64,000 nt of DNA. It comes from a virus. Of the stretch, positions 9,078-17,415 are shown piece after piece (the stretch's first letter is position 1; each line of letters starts with the position of its first letter). Both the position numbers and the translations under genes were made by a program. The stretch lies in IMG/VR virus record IMGVR_UViG_3300024346_000009; one strand, 5' to 3'. Under the pieces are notes generated by a model, which was given only the letters and a program-made list of their open reading frames with translations, was not told where the DNA came from and did not search any database.

Positions 9078-9263
9078 ATGATGAACGATAAAATTAAAGC
9101 TCTTGCTCTCGAAGCAGGATTCGTCTTCTGGGGAGACGAGGCATGGAGTCCAGAAGATAGTATATCCGGGATAGATTGGTCTTGTGACTATGATAGAGAG
9201 TTTATTCTTTTTTGTGAACTCTTAGTTAATAAGACCATTGAAAATCCTACTTGGCTTGATTAA
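9078..9263 (+). CDS. Hypothetical protein, MNxxIKxLAxxAG family
   Basis: N-terminus similar to ORFs 21434 and 21786. Confidence 0.6.
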   Translation: MMNDKIKALALEAGFVFWGDEAWSPEDSISGIDWSCDYDREFILFCELLVNKTIENPTWLD

Positions 9264-9282
9264 CAATAATTTAAAGGCAATA

Positions 9283-9459
9283 ATGTCAGATTTTGAAACT
9301 CACCCTATAGGTACTCAGAAAGAAATTGAGTTATCTAGAGAGCTTACAAAAGCAATTACTCAGTTAATTAGTCAATTTGGAGAAGGAATAATTCCCCATC
9401 AAATTTCAGTACCTTATAATAAGCTAAGAGATCATCGTGGTAACAATTCATTGACATGA
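9283..9459 (+). CDS. Hypothetical protein
   Basis: MSDFETHPIG start, operonic. Confidence 0.55.
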   Translation: MSDFETHPIGTQKEIELSRELTKAITQLISQFGEGIIPHQISVPYNKLRDHRGNNSLT

Positions 9460-9848
9460 CTAGAATTAATGCTGGCATAGATCCTTCGCAGTTACATAGA
9501 AGACATTTGGTGGCTGAGTTGAGGGAGATTGCCATGGTGCCGGGATCTCTTCGAAGAAGTCTTCGAACGTTAACACCTGATAATATTATTCTTAGAATTC
9601 CAAAGACCTTTACCCTTAATTCCGGGCACGTCTTATTCTTTTACAACAAAATGGAATATCTAAGGAAACGGTTCAAATCGTTATGTGATGAGATGGAGAA
9701 CCGCGGGTACTATGCCGATAGGTCGAGGGAGGTTGTATTTAACGGATTCGAAGATATATGGAATGGGGATTGGGTGTGTGATAATCCATCTATTGTACGG
9801 GAGAGGATTCAGCAAAGGATGGCAGACAAGCCACATCTATATGAGTGA
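9456..9848 (+). CDS. denV: Pyrimidine-dimer DNA glycosylase (endonuclease V)
   Basis: MTRIN...HLVAELREI, FTLNSGHVLFFY, EMENRG. Confidence 0.9.
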   Translation: MTRINAGIDPSQLHRRHLVAELREIAMVPGSLRRSLRTLTPDNIILRIPKTFTLNSGHVLFFYNKMEYLRKRFKSLCDEMENRGYYADRSREVVFNGFEDIWNGDWVCDNPSIVRERIQQRMADKPHLYE

Positions 9849-10014
9849 TACTTTTGAAACGTGGTTAACCGAGAGAGATCTTGAGAGACTCTGGATGATA
9901 ATAGAGGAGAAGCTACCTGATCAAGCGGCCTCGGTAGATGAAATTAAAGAATTCCAAAGACTTCTAACCCATTGTATAACTGACGAAACAGCAAGAAGAA
10001 AAAGAATGCATTAA
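9841..10014 (+). CDS. Hypothetical protein
   Basis: Coupled to denV. Confidence 0.55.
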   Translation: MSDTFETWLTERDLERLWMIIEEKLPDQAASVDEIKEFQRLLTHCITDETARRKRMH

Positions 10015-10016
10015 GT

Positions 10017-10565
10017 TTATTCTTTTCGCGCTCTTGCTCTTCTATGCTCCTCTATATAATAGAGACCTACTTCAATAGAATCATAATCTCTTCCCAATTG
10101 GAAGCCTGGGGGAAGTCTGTTTCTATCTCTTACCCTCGTCTCCTTATCCGCTCTAGGATTGTATGCCCAATAAGAGTCTTTTGTGTGTTGGTTACCTAAC
10201 TTCTTTTCAGCCATTATATCCTTGGTATCAGCGTTATGCCTCTTTCCCTGAAAGTTGGATCTTCCTTTTAAGCCAGCTGATATCTTCTGCCTTGTGGCCT
10301 CGTCTCTAGGCTTTCCCATCTTTGCTTCTGACATCTTACGCTTTGTCTCATCTGACATGGGTTTACGAACATACTGATACCATTCTATAAACTCATACTT
10401 GCCGTAATTACGTAACAGCCTGGTTCTTATAACGTTTACTGCAGAGGTATCTTTAATTGAGTTAAGTAACTCGTAACGATGGCCATACTTAATTCTCACC
10501 TTGTCAACAGGCTGATCTGAAATTAGAATTGTCTTTGTTACGTCGTAACAGTAGAAGTGAATCAT
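10017..10565 (-). CDS. NUMOD3-motif DNA-binding protein
   Basis: Repeated SDETKRKMSEAKMG / DEATRQKISAG / GKRHNADTK motifs; no nuclease motif seen. Confidence 0.7.
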   Translation of the reverse strand: MIHFYCYDVTKTILISDQPVDKVRIKYGHRYELLNSIKDTSAVNVIRTRLLRNYGKYEFIEWYQYVRKPMSDETKRKMSEAKMGKPRDEATRQKISAGLKGRSNFQGKRHNADTKDIMAEKKLGNQHTKDSYWAYNPRADKETRVRDRNRLPPGFQLGRDYDSIEVGLYYIEEHRRARARKE

Positions 10566-10607
10566 TAAGTAGTATATAATTGGTATATCAATATTTAGGA
10601 GTCAATT

Positions 10608-11021
10608 ATGTTTCCAGCTGGCAAGTACTATGTAGGTGATTTGTGCTATGTAATGCATGATGAGTGGGATGAGGTATGTGGCTTGTTCTTTAAAGGACGC
10701 GATGACCATGGATGTAATCAAGGTATGTTTGAGTTAAAAGATGGTCGTAAGTTTGCATCGTTTAATACCAAGTACGGTGATGGTGCCTACTTCGATCAGA
10801 ATGGTGAAGAGTACGGGGTTGATGCCGGCTTGATTGGCTGTATTGCATTGAATGATATTGACTTAAATGCTGATGGTAACTTTACCCGAGGTGGTCAGAT
10901 TATTCAATTTGATAGTGACTTTACAGTATCTGGGGGAGATCGGTATGAAGATCGCCGAGATTGGGATGGGGAGATTCGTATTGGTCATATTGTGATTAGG
11001 ACCGATGATTACGAGGATTAA
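10608..11021 (+). CDS. Conserved phage hypothetical protein
   Basis: YYVGDLCYV, TKYGDG, VDAGLIG motifs; SD AGGAG; promoter with TATAAT at 10575. Confidence 0.75.
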   Translation: MFPAGKYYVGDLCYVMHDEWDEVCGLFFKGRDDHGCNQGMFELKDGRKFASFNTKYGDGAYFDQNGEEYGVDAGLIGCIALNDIDLNADGNFTRGGQIIQFDSDFTVSGGDRYEDRRDWDGEIRIGHIVIRTDDYED

Positions 11022-11059
11022 AAAGGCCTAAATATTAGGAAATAATCCTTGGAGAAACA

Positions 11060-12652
11060 ATGAAAACATTTAAATCTATCAGAGAAAGTTACTCGGGAGA
11101 GCCTGGAGTGTCACAAATTGATAATGTACCAGAGGATCCGATGACGTATGTAGAGATTAAGCCTAAGAAAACTAAAGTGGTTAAAGAGGCAATGTCTGAC
11201 GGCGATAAGTCCTCGGTTGCTCTCCAGGCTATGGTTGCTAAAAAGAATCTTCAGCAAACAGCTGGAAAGAATAAATCCCAGGCATTCGTAGATAAAATGG
11301 TTTCAAAGGCTAATGCCGGTGACCGTCTTCCTAAAAGACCTAATGATGAGTACGATCGCAAGGTAACAACCTATCTTAAGAAGAAGTATAACGAAGAAGC
11401 TGAGCAGATGGATGAGTTGAATAAAGATACTGTATATTCTTATGCAGCAAAGGCTGAAAAAGATGCAGACAGAAAACATAAAGCCCTTACCTCTCAAATC
11501 AAATCCAATAACCCTTTATCTGCCAATAAGACAGCTGATAAGATTATCAAGCGTTATAGAGGTATGGATCGAGCTGAGAATCGGCTTAATAAAGAAGAGA
11601 CAGAACAAGTTAATGAGGGTGATCGCCAAGCCCTTGCAAAGAAGTTAACTAACAAAATGTATTCAATTGGGAAAGGCTTAGGTAAACTAGCCAAAAGTCA
11701 AAATAATACAAATATTGTAACTAATTTAAAAAATACTAAATCTGATATGCATAAAGCAGTTGGTATGGCTAATAATTCTACTGTTAAAAAAATGTTAAAC
11801 AAAGAAGAGACAGAACAAATGGACGAAAAAGTTACATCTAAAGATATTAAGATGGCCGTTGGTGTAGCCAAGGATAAGCGCTATGCTGGTGGTAACATGT
11901 CAGGAGCAGTTAAAACAATGGAAAAGATGAAACCTGGTCTCTCCAAGCACCCAAGAGTACAACAAGTACTTAAGTCAACCAATGAAGACTTTGATAAATT
12001 GTCCCCGCAACAAAAAGCACATCAATATAACCTAGATTCTGCACAAAGAGAAATTGATCGTCGCCATGGTGAAGGTGAGGATATGTCTGGTGCAAAAATT
12101 AACAAGAAAACTTATGAGATTAATAAACCTAAAAAACTAAGGGTATCGGAAGGTGTTGATTTCTTAAAGGTTTGGGACAGCATCAAACCTGTGTACGAAG
12201 ATGTTAAAACAACCCATGAAGATCCTTTGGTTGTTACTAAGGACGAAGAAGGTCATATTCATACTCATGCCAACCTATCTGTCGCCAATGCAATTCATGG
12301 TACAAATGTAAAGCACCAAGCTATTCATACCTATAAAAAAGTTCAGGATGGTAAATTTACATTCGAATTATCTAAGCACCATGAAGGTGCTTTAAAAGAA
12401 GATGCTCCCTTTGACCCAGTTGCTCATAAGAAAGAACACGATAGGTTAATTACCAAGCACATAATGGCTCATAAGGCTTTAATGGCTTCTCCTGGAGAAG
12501 AATTAAAAAACAAGCAGATGGAGCGTCTTAATGCTGTTAAGCGAGAGATTCGTAACCATAAAGATAAAGTTCCTGCAGGACCTGCCCCTAAACCCGGTAG
12601 TGCTGCTGAATACTATGCCAATAAGAAACCTGGTGAATATACTGGAGATTAA
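11060..12652 (+). CDS. Modular putative head-internal polyprotein
   Basis: MKTFKSIRE N-terminus; repeated EE.EQ.[DN]E linkers. Confidence 0.65.
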   Translation: MKTFKSIRESYSGEPGVSQIDNVPEDPMTYVEIKPKKTKVVKEAMSDGDKSSVALQAMVAKKNLQQTAGKNKSQAFVDKMVSKANAGDRLPKRPNDEYDRKVTTYLKKKYNEEAEQMDELNKDTVYSYAAKAEKDADRKHKALTSQIKSNNPLSANKTADKIIKRYRGMDRAENRLNKEETEQVNEGDRQALAKKLTNKMYSIGKGLGKLAKSQNNTNIVTNLKNTKSDMHKAVGMANNSTVKKMLNKEETEQMDEKVTSKDIKMAVGVAKDKRYAGGNMSGAVKTMEKMKPGLSKHPRVQQVLKSTNEDFDKLSPQQKAHQYNLDSAQREIDRRHGEGEDMSGAKINKKTYEINKPKKLRVSEGVDFLKVWDSIKPVYEDVKTTHEDPLVVTKDEEGHIHTHANLSVANAIHGTNVKHQAIHTYKKVQDGKFTFELSKHHEGALKEDAPFDPVAHKKEHDRLITKHIMAHKALMASPGEELKNKQMERLNAVKREIRNHKDKVPAGPAPKPGSAAEYYANKKPGEYTGD

Positions 12653-12657
12653 TAATT

Positions 12658-13071
12658 ATGAAAACCTTTGAACAGTTGTGTGAGACGGTTCGCGTTGGTA
12701 AGGCTCAGCAATTTGCCGCCAAAGCACACGACGTATGGCGTAAGGGCTTTGATCCATCTGGGACTAAAGAACGTATTAAAAAGAATTCTGACGGTACAGA
12801 AGGTAACATTAACGTTCCTTTTCATAAACTACACCCCGATTGGAAGAAAGAGAACCTAGCTGCCGGTCATGCCGCCTTAGCCGCTGTTAAGAAACATCCC
12901 CGTGATATAGAGAAAGCATCGGAACACGTACACAATGAGTGGATGAAACGTAATCCCAAAGCCGATCACAATGCCGCCCAACACGTTCCCTATCATGAGT
13001 TATCAGACTCAGAGAAAGAGAAAGATAGGGTGCATGTAAGGACTATGCAGAGTCTCCGACAGAAGCGATAG
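12658..13071 (+). CDS. RyR-repeat domain protein with capsid-targeting-like N-terminus
   Basis: Two repeats AHDVWRK...VPFHKL...KKEN and VHNEWMK...VPYHELSDSEKEKDR; MKTFEQLCE. Confidence 0.65.
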   Translation: MKTFEQLCETVRVGKAQQFAAKAHDVWRKGFDPSGTKERIKKNSDGTEGNINVPFHKLHPDWKKENLAAGHAALAAVKKHPRDIEKASEHVHNEWMKRNPKADHNAAQHVPYHELSDSEKEKDRVHVRTMQSLRQKR

Positions 13072-13084
13072 CTCCTAACAACCC

Positions 13085-13125
13085 GTAACGTAACAGTTGC
13101 GGGTTCTTTGTTTCTGGACTATAAT
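13085..13125 (+). promoter_or_regulatory. Early promoter embedded in a terminator-like hairpin
   Basis: Same architecture as 7801: GTAACGTAAC-ag-TTGCGG-17-TATAAT. Confidence 0.75.
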
Positions 13126-13148
13126 AGGGTATAGAAAAGGAAAACGAA

Positions 13149-13346
13149 ATGTCAAAGATTAAAGATATAATAATCGATGTAATAGAGAGACTGGAATCAG
13201 GTACGAAGCCTGATGAGATTGCCTATTATCTTTCTCATACATATGATATTCCTTATGAGTATGAAGTTATGGAAGTCATCGAGAAGATTCGTTCTACAAT
13301 GAATCTAACCAATGATATGGTTGAAGATGTTTGTCTGAGGTATTGA
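13149..13346 (+). CDS. Hypothetical early protein
   Basis: SD AAGGA, own promoter. Confidence 0.65.
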   Translation: MSKIKDIIIDVIERLESGTKPDEIAYYLSHTYDIPYEYEVMEVIEKIRSTMNLTNDMVEDVCLRY

Positions 13347-13525
13347 TATGTGGCGAATTAGAAAAACGGGTGAAGAAGGCGGATACATTGTCCGTAGTAA
13401 AGAGTTAGCCGAACAGCTTCTGGATCAATGGGCCCGGCAAGGTGCTATCTGGGAAATGGTAGAGATTACCGAGTACGAGCTCGGTGATCCGATGGAACAA
13501 TAATATGTGGCGAAAGAGAGAGATT

Positions 13526-13690
13526 ATGGAACTACAAGATAAAACTACTATAAGTACGTTGGTTGATATAGTACCTACCGATGTGTCGGGTAAATGGGTA
13601 AAGAAGGAAGATCTGTACCCCTTTGCAGCAGCTGTAGCCGCTTACGTTCTTACTAGAGTTGAGAAGAATATAAATGATTCCAACCTTTAA
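13526..13690 (+). CDS. Hypothetical protein
   Basis: Operonic small ORF. Confidence 0.5.
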   Translation: MELQDKTTISTLVDIVPTDVSGKWVKKEDLYPFAAAVAAYVLTRVEKNINDSNL

Positions 13691-13828
13691 GTTAACTGTA
13701 ACAGATGAATTTCATTCTGACTTCGTTTACGAGACAGACGATAAAGAAGAAGTCTTAGATAGGGTTGCCTTATGGTTATCACAACTAGATAATACTCCTA
13801 TATACAATCTGAACATAGAGGTGAACTA

Positions 13829-14035
13829 ATGTCAACGATCTTTACATGCGGTCACAAGGCCGAGGATGATGAGGACGGGTGGACAATATCCACCAAAGCG
13901 TATACGAGAGAGAACAAGAGGGCGGTTGATTACAGGACGGTCTGTAACAGATGTTATCATGTATATGAGACAGAGGGCCTGGTTCTTTATGGAGAAGCGG
14001 ATGTTAAAGAGTGGTTTGGAGGACCAAATGATTGA
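13829..14035 (+). CDS. Small zinc-binding hypothetical protein
   Basis: CGH...CNRC; SD GAGGT. Confidence 0.6.
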   Translation: MSTIFTCGHKAEDDEDGWTISTKAYTRENKRAVDYRTVCNRCYHVYETEGLVLYGEADVKEWFGGPND

Positions 14036-14243
14036 TGAAAATAAACCTGGTACAGAAGTTGTAGAAGATGCAAAGCCGTTGAGTGCAAAGGAGCAGCGGT
14101 TTCAAAACGATGAGATGATTGCCAAGCTTAGAAAGAAAAACCCTAATTTACGGGTTATTCAGAAGAAGGGTTCGTTCACGATATCTAACCCCAAGGCACC
14201 CAGTACTTTGTTAACTAATCTTTTAAAAAGAACCAAAGAATAA
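14028..14243 (+). CDS. Hypothetical protein
   Basis: SD GGAGG before ATG 14028. Confidence 0.6.
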   Translation: MIDENKPGTEVVEDAKPLSAKEQRFQNDEMIAKLRKKNPNLRVIQKKGSFTISNPKAPSTLLTNLLKRTKE

Positions 14244-14261
14244 AGACTTTTTAGCTTACTA

Positions 14262-14281
14262 CAGACTCCTTGCGGAGTCTG
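14262..14281. terminator. Intergenic hairpin CAGACTCC-TTGC-GGAGTCTG
   Basis: Perfect 8-bp stem; GCAA tetraloop on the minus strand. Confidence 0.55.
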
Positions 14282-14354
14282 AGAATAATTGAAAGTTGTT
14301 TATTTTTTACCCATGATATTCTCCTTTGTAAAGTATGTATATTTATAAAAGAAC

Positions 14355-14990
14355 ATGAATAATCTTGTTGACGATATTTGCTACGATGAAGTTGCATATC
14401 AAAAGTTTCCTCAATACCGACAATGGTTTAATAAACTGTATGTTGCTGATACATTCAGGTACATATGTGGGCCTGGAGGATTTCCAGTTCCCAAAGCAGA
14501 TACCTATGTTGTAAGACCAACATACAACCTGAGAGGGTTCAGTATCAATGCATCTAAAATGTATATTACCCCTGCAGATGTCCATCTGGTGCCCCCAGGC
14601 TATTTTTGGGTTGAGGTGTTTAAGGGAAACCATTATACTTTAGACTATACCAAGATAGACAATAAGTTTCAGCAAATAAACTGTTATGTTGGAGATAATG
14701 ATCCAGAGGATCTTTATAGATTCTATAGTTGGAAAAAAAGTAATTATCATTTTACTCTTCCCAGGCAATTAGAAGAATTAGATGTCAAATGGTTAAATAT
14801 TGAAATAATTGGTGATAAGATTGTAGAAGTACATTTAAGGCATGGAATGGATTCCTATATGGAGTACGAAGAGTTAATTCCTGTATGGGAAGGTGACAAA
14901 AAGGAAAAAGATGGTTACACTTTTATGGAAAAGGTATATGATGGTGAAGGTTGGTTTAAAATTAAAAGATTAGGATACTTAGTCAAGTAA
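14355..14990 (+). CDS. Conserved phage protein, possible ATP-grasp-like fold
   Basis: YVVRP.YNL.G, PGYFW.E.F.G.H, NIE...IVEVHLR. Confidence 0.6.
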   Translation: MNNLVDDICYDEVAYQKFPQYRQWFNKLYVADTFRYICGPGGFPVPKADTYVVRPTYNLRGFSINASKMYITPADVHLVPPGYFWVEVFKGNHYTLDYTKIDNKFQQINCYVGDNDPEDLYRFYSWKKSNYHFTLPRQLEELDVKWLNIEIIGDKIVEVHLRHGMDSYMEYEELIPVWEGDKKEKDGYTFMEKVYDGEGWFKIKRLGYLVK

Positions 14991-15085
14991 CGAATAATGA
15001 TAGATACAATTATTTTTATAGCAATCATGGTAACCTGTGTAGGGGTGGTGCTGTGGGATATTAATAGGAACGGATAATGTTGGAA

Positions 15086-15123
15086 CGTAACTGCTTGACG
15101 ATCGACCCAGAAGAGCATATAAT
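15086..15123 (+). promoter_or_regulatory. Early promoter
   Basis: CGTAAC-tgc-TTGACG-17-TATAAT. Confidence 0.75.
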
Positions 15124-15146
15124 TACGTATGTTAAGGAGAAATGAT

Positions 15147-15350
15147 ATGACTATTACAGTAAAAGAAATGATTGAGGCATTAAGCAAGTTGCCTTCAGAT
15201 GCCGAGCTCGTAGTAACGGAGAGCGGTTATTACAGTTATGGGGAATTTGCCAATATTATGTTGCCTGAGGTCTACACGGTGGGGGAGGACGAGGATATAC
15301 CAGTAGGTACGCAGGTGTACCGCATTGGCCATTCACATCAGAGTTATTGA
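15147..15350 (+). CDS. Hypothetical early protein (TVKE.IE.L...P.D family)
   Basis: SD AAGGAG; N-terminus resembles that of the C-free ORF at 17062. Confidence 0.7.
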   Translation: MTITVKEMIEALSKLPSDAELVVTESGYYSYGEFANIMLPEVYTVGEDEDIPVGTQVYRIGHSHQSY

Positions 15351-15351
15351 T

Positions 15352-15756
15352 ATGAGAGACAGTGACGTAAAAAAAGAGATCGAACGAATGATTGATAATC
15401 GTCAAGACCTGGTATACCGGCTTAGAAAGAGGGCGGAGATACGTAGACAGATACCGACAAGGAAATCGGTACAGGAGAACCAGTCCGATAGATTATCTGA
15501 CCTTTTAGATGAGTCTGCAAATGAAATAGAAAGATTGAGTAATATGAAACCTTTTGCCTGGTACGATCCCTCAAATAGGCATATTAGTCTAGATCAACAC
15601 GATCCTTCCTTCACCCCTCTCGGTCAACTCATCCCCCTCTATAGACAATCTAGCAATATAGATGCCGGAATAGATAGAAATACAGATAACAAAGAATATA
15701 GTATGGGCACCGAAGAAGGTTTAAGTGACTTTATCAAGTACAGGAACAGGCTATGA
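15352..15756 (+). CDS. Hypothetical protein
   Basis: DLVYRLRKRAEIRRQI...DLLDESANEIERL phage motif. Confidence 0.7.
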   Translation: MRDSDVKKEIERMIDNRQDLVYRLRKRAEIRRQIPTRKSVQENQSDRLSDLLDESANEIERLSNMKPFAWYDPSNRHISLDQHDPSFTPLGQLIPLYRQSSNIDAGIDRNTDNKEYSMGTEEGLSDFIKYRNRL

Positions 15757-15992
15757 TGATAGAAAATTGTACGATAAAGCCGGCTAAAGGTCAAAAGGGT
15801 TACCTGTTGTATACCATGAAAAAAGAGTATGTGTTCAGGGTGTACAGGGAAGATCGAAGCTTCACCGACTACGATATACACCATTGTGACCTTGAATTAA
15901 CAATTAACGATGATGATGCCACATTCTATGAGTTTGATGATGGGAGAAGTATCCTCGATCACAGTTATGAGATAGCTAAAGGTGAAAAGTAA
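15753..15992 (+). CDS. Hypothetical protein
   Basis: Coupled; FRVY..D..FTDYDI.H.DL motif. Confidence 0.65.
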   Translation: MMIENCTIKPAKGQKGYLLYTMKKEYVFRVYREDRSFTDYDIHHCDLELTINDDDATFYEFDDGRSILDHSYEIAKGEK

Positions 15993-16186
15993 TGAATATA
16001 TCCAGAATCAATCAACGTAATATCGAGATAGATAGGGCGGAAAAAGCAAACGTTCAGTATAAAAGAAACGAAGATTATAGGAAAGTAGTAGAGAAGAAGA
16101 ACGTAGAAAGAAGCATTGCCGATAGAATAGCAAGGAACATGAGACTGGATAGGGATAGGGGAAGAAATGTGGATGTGGAGGTATAA
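15992..16186 (+). CDS. Hypothetical protein
   Basis: Coupled, purine-rich, ends G.NVD.EV. Confidence 0.6.
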   Translation: MNISRINQRNIEIDRAEKANVQYKRNEDYRKVVEKKNVERSIADRIARNMRLDRDRGRNVDVEV

Positions 16187-16374
16187 TGACCGATAAAGAA
16201 GAACTAAAAGCACTACTAAAGTCGTATAAAGAATCACCTTCAAGGGGGATAAGGGATGAGATAGCAATTTCTAAGATAGAAGATATACTGGATAATAACG
16301 ATATAGTATTCAGGCCTGAAGAATTACCAGACGACTTTATCTTTGAGAATCCAGATAAACACGCATCTCATTGA
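16186..16374 (+). CDS. Hypothetical protein
   Basis: SD GGAGG, coupled. Confidence 0.6.
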   Translation: MTDKEELKALLKSYKESPSRGIRDEIAISKIEDILDNNDIVFRPEELPDDFIFENPDKHASH

Positions 16375-16666
16375 ACCTCCTCTGACCTATCTTATAGCCG
16401 TCTGGGGCATTGTGTCTACGATAAGTCTTATCCGAACGATTCACTATCCATCTTGCACCATCAATACGGTCATCGTGACCCCTCTCATGTCTTATCCTAT
16501 CCTTAGAATCAGTAGAATGTTTCTTTCCTGCATGGTTAGCCCTACCAGACATAGAAGAAGAAATCTTAGATCTAGTTTCAGCATCGTGATGGGTTCCGCG
16601 ATGGGCGGAGGCAATGGCGGCCTTGTGGGGGCCGGTCATTCGATATTCTCTTAAAGTCTTGTACAT
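16337..16666 (-). CDS. NUMOD3-motif DNA-binding protein
   Basis: HDAETRSKISSSMSG, GKKHSTDSK; late-like CATAAATA upstream at 16693-16700. Confidence 0.6.
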   Translation of the reverse strand: MYKTLREYRMTGPHKAAIASAHRGTHHDAETRSKISSSMSGRANHAGKKHSTDSKDRIRHERGHDDRIDGARWIVNRSDKTYRRHNAPDGYKIGQRRFNEMRVYLDSQR

Positions 16667-16703
16667 ATGGGGTAATGGGGTAATGATCGGATTATTTATG
16701 TTT

Positions 16704-16761
16704 TATTGACTTAAACTAATACATTAGGTATCGTTCTATTGACTTAAACTAATACATTAGG
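16704..16761 (+). repeat. Two perfect 25-bp direct repeats TATTGACTTAAACTAATACATTAGG (period 33)
   Basis: Copies at 16704-16728 and 16737-16761. Confidence 0.9.
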
Positions 16762-17010
16762 AGGGAGAGAGGGAAGAAGGGGATAGGATGGGGAGTTAGT
16801 AAGGTAGACTTACTATTATTTATTTTAAATTGGTATGTATTTATAGTTAGAAAAATAGGATTTTGCCGGCCTAATAAACGTTTTCACCAAAACACCCTCT
16901 CGTACACCTCTACATTAACAACCCCCCTACTTCTGTCCACATCTATATTAACCCCCACACCTATTCCTCCAAACTTAATTAGATCCCTATAACTCCATAA
17001 TAAACAAACA

Positions 17011-17036
17011 AAAAAAAGGACCTATTAGGTCCTATT
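17011..17036 (-). terminator. Rho-independent terminator of the C-free transcript
   Basis: AGGACCT-AAT-AGGTCCT hairpin followed by a U-run on the minus strand. Confidence 0.8.
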
Positions 17037-17061
17037 ATACTATAATCAACCCCATTATCAC

Positions 17062-17229
17062 TTAATCATAATAATCTTCTTCACCATTAATATAAACTCC
17101 ATCTTCATCATAACAAACTTCAATACTCTCTTTACTACCACTTAATCCCCTATTTCTCTCTATACTAATATTAATATCCAAATCACCATTAATATCTTTC
17201 AAAATATCCATTAACTCATTTACTTTCAT
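17062..17229 (-). CDS. 55-aa acidic protein encoded without any cytosine
   Basis: MKVNELMDILKDINGDLDINISIERNRGLSGSKESIEVCYDEDGVYINGEEDYYD*; SD AAAGGAG, TATAAT upstream, terminator downstream; below the ORF-track cut-off. Confidence 0.8.
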   Translation of the reverse strand: MKVNELMDILKDINGDLDINISIERNRGLSGSKESIEVCYDEDGVYINGEEDYYD

Positions 17230-17366
17230 ATTATCTCCTTTATATTATAAACCTAATAACTCTTTTTCATTATCATTTCTTCCTTACTACTTCCTCTATT
17301 ATAACTCCTTTCCCCTTTTCCCCCTAATTTAAATTAATAACCCTACTTTTTAGTATAGTACTATTC

Positions 17367-17415
17367 TAATATAAACTAATTACTCCCCACACCCCTTTTA
17401 ATATAAACTAATTAC
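17367..17415 (+). repeat. Two 17-bp direct repeats TAATATAAACTAATTAC (period 32)
   Basis: Copies at 17367-17383 and 17399-17415; share the TAAACTAAT core with the 16704 repeats. Confidence 0.85.

Noticed and set aside
10017-10565. Active homing endonuclease or intron
   Set aside because: No GIY-YIG, HNH or LAGLIDADG motif, and no interrupted host gene
16704-16761. 25-bp direct repeats as a mini CRISPR array
   Set aside because: Only two copies, an 8-bp spacer and no cas genes
17030-17352. G-free tract as a simple low-complexity or sequencing artefact
   Set aside because: It is non-repetitive and contains a correctly spaced SD, ORF and terminator; read-level confirmation is still advisable
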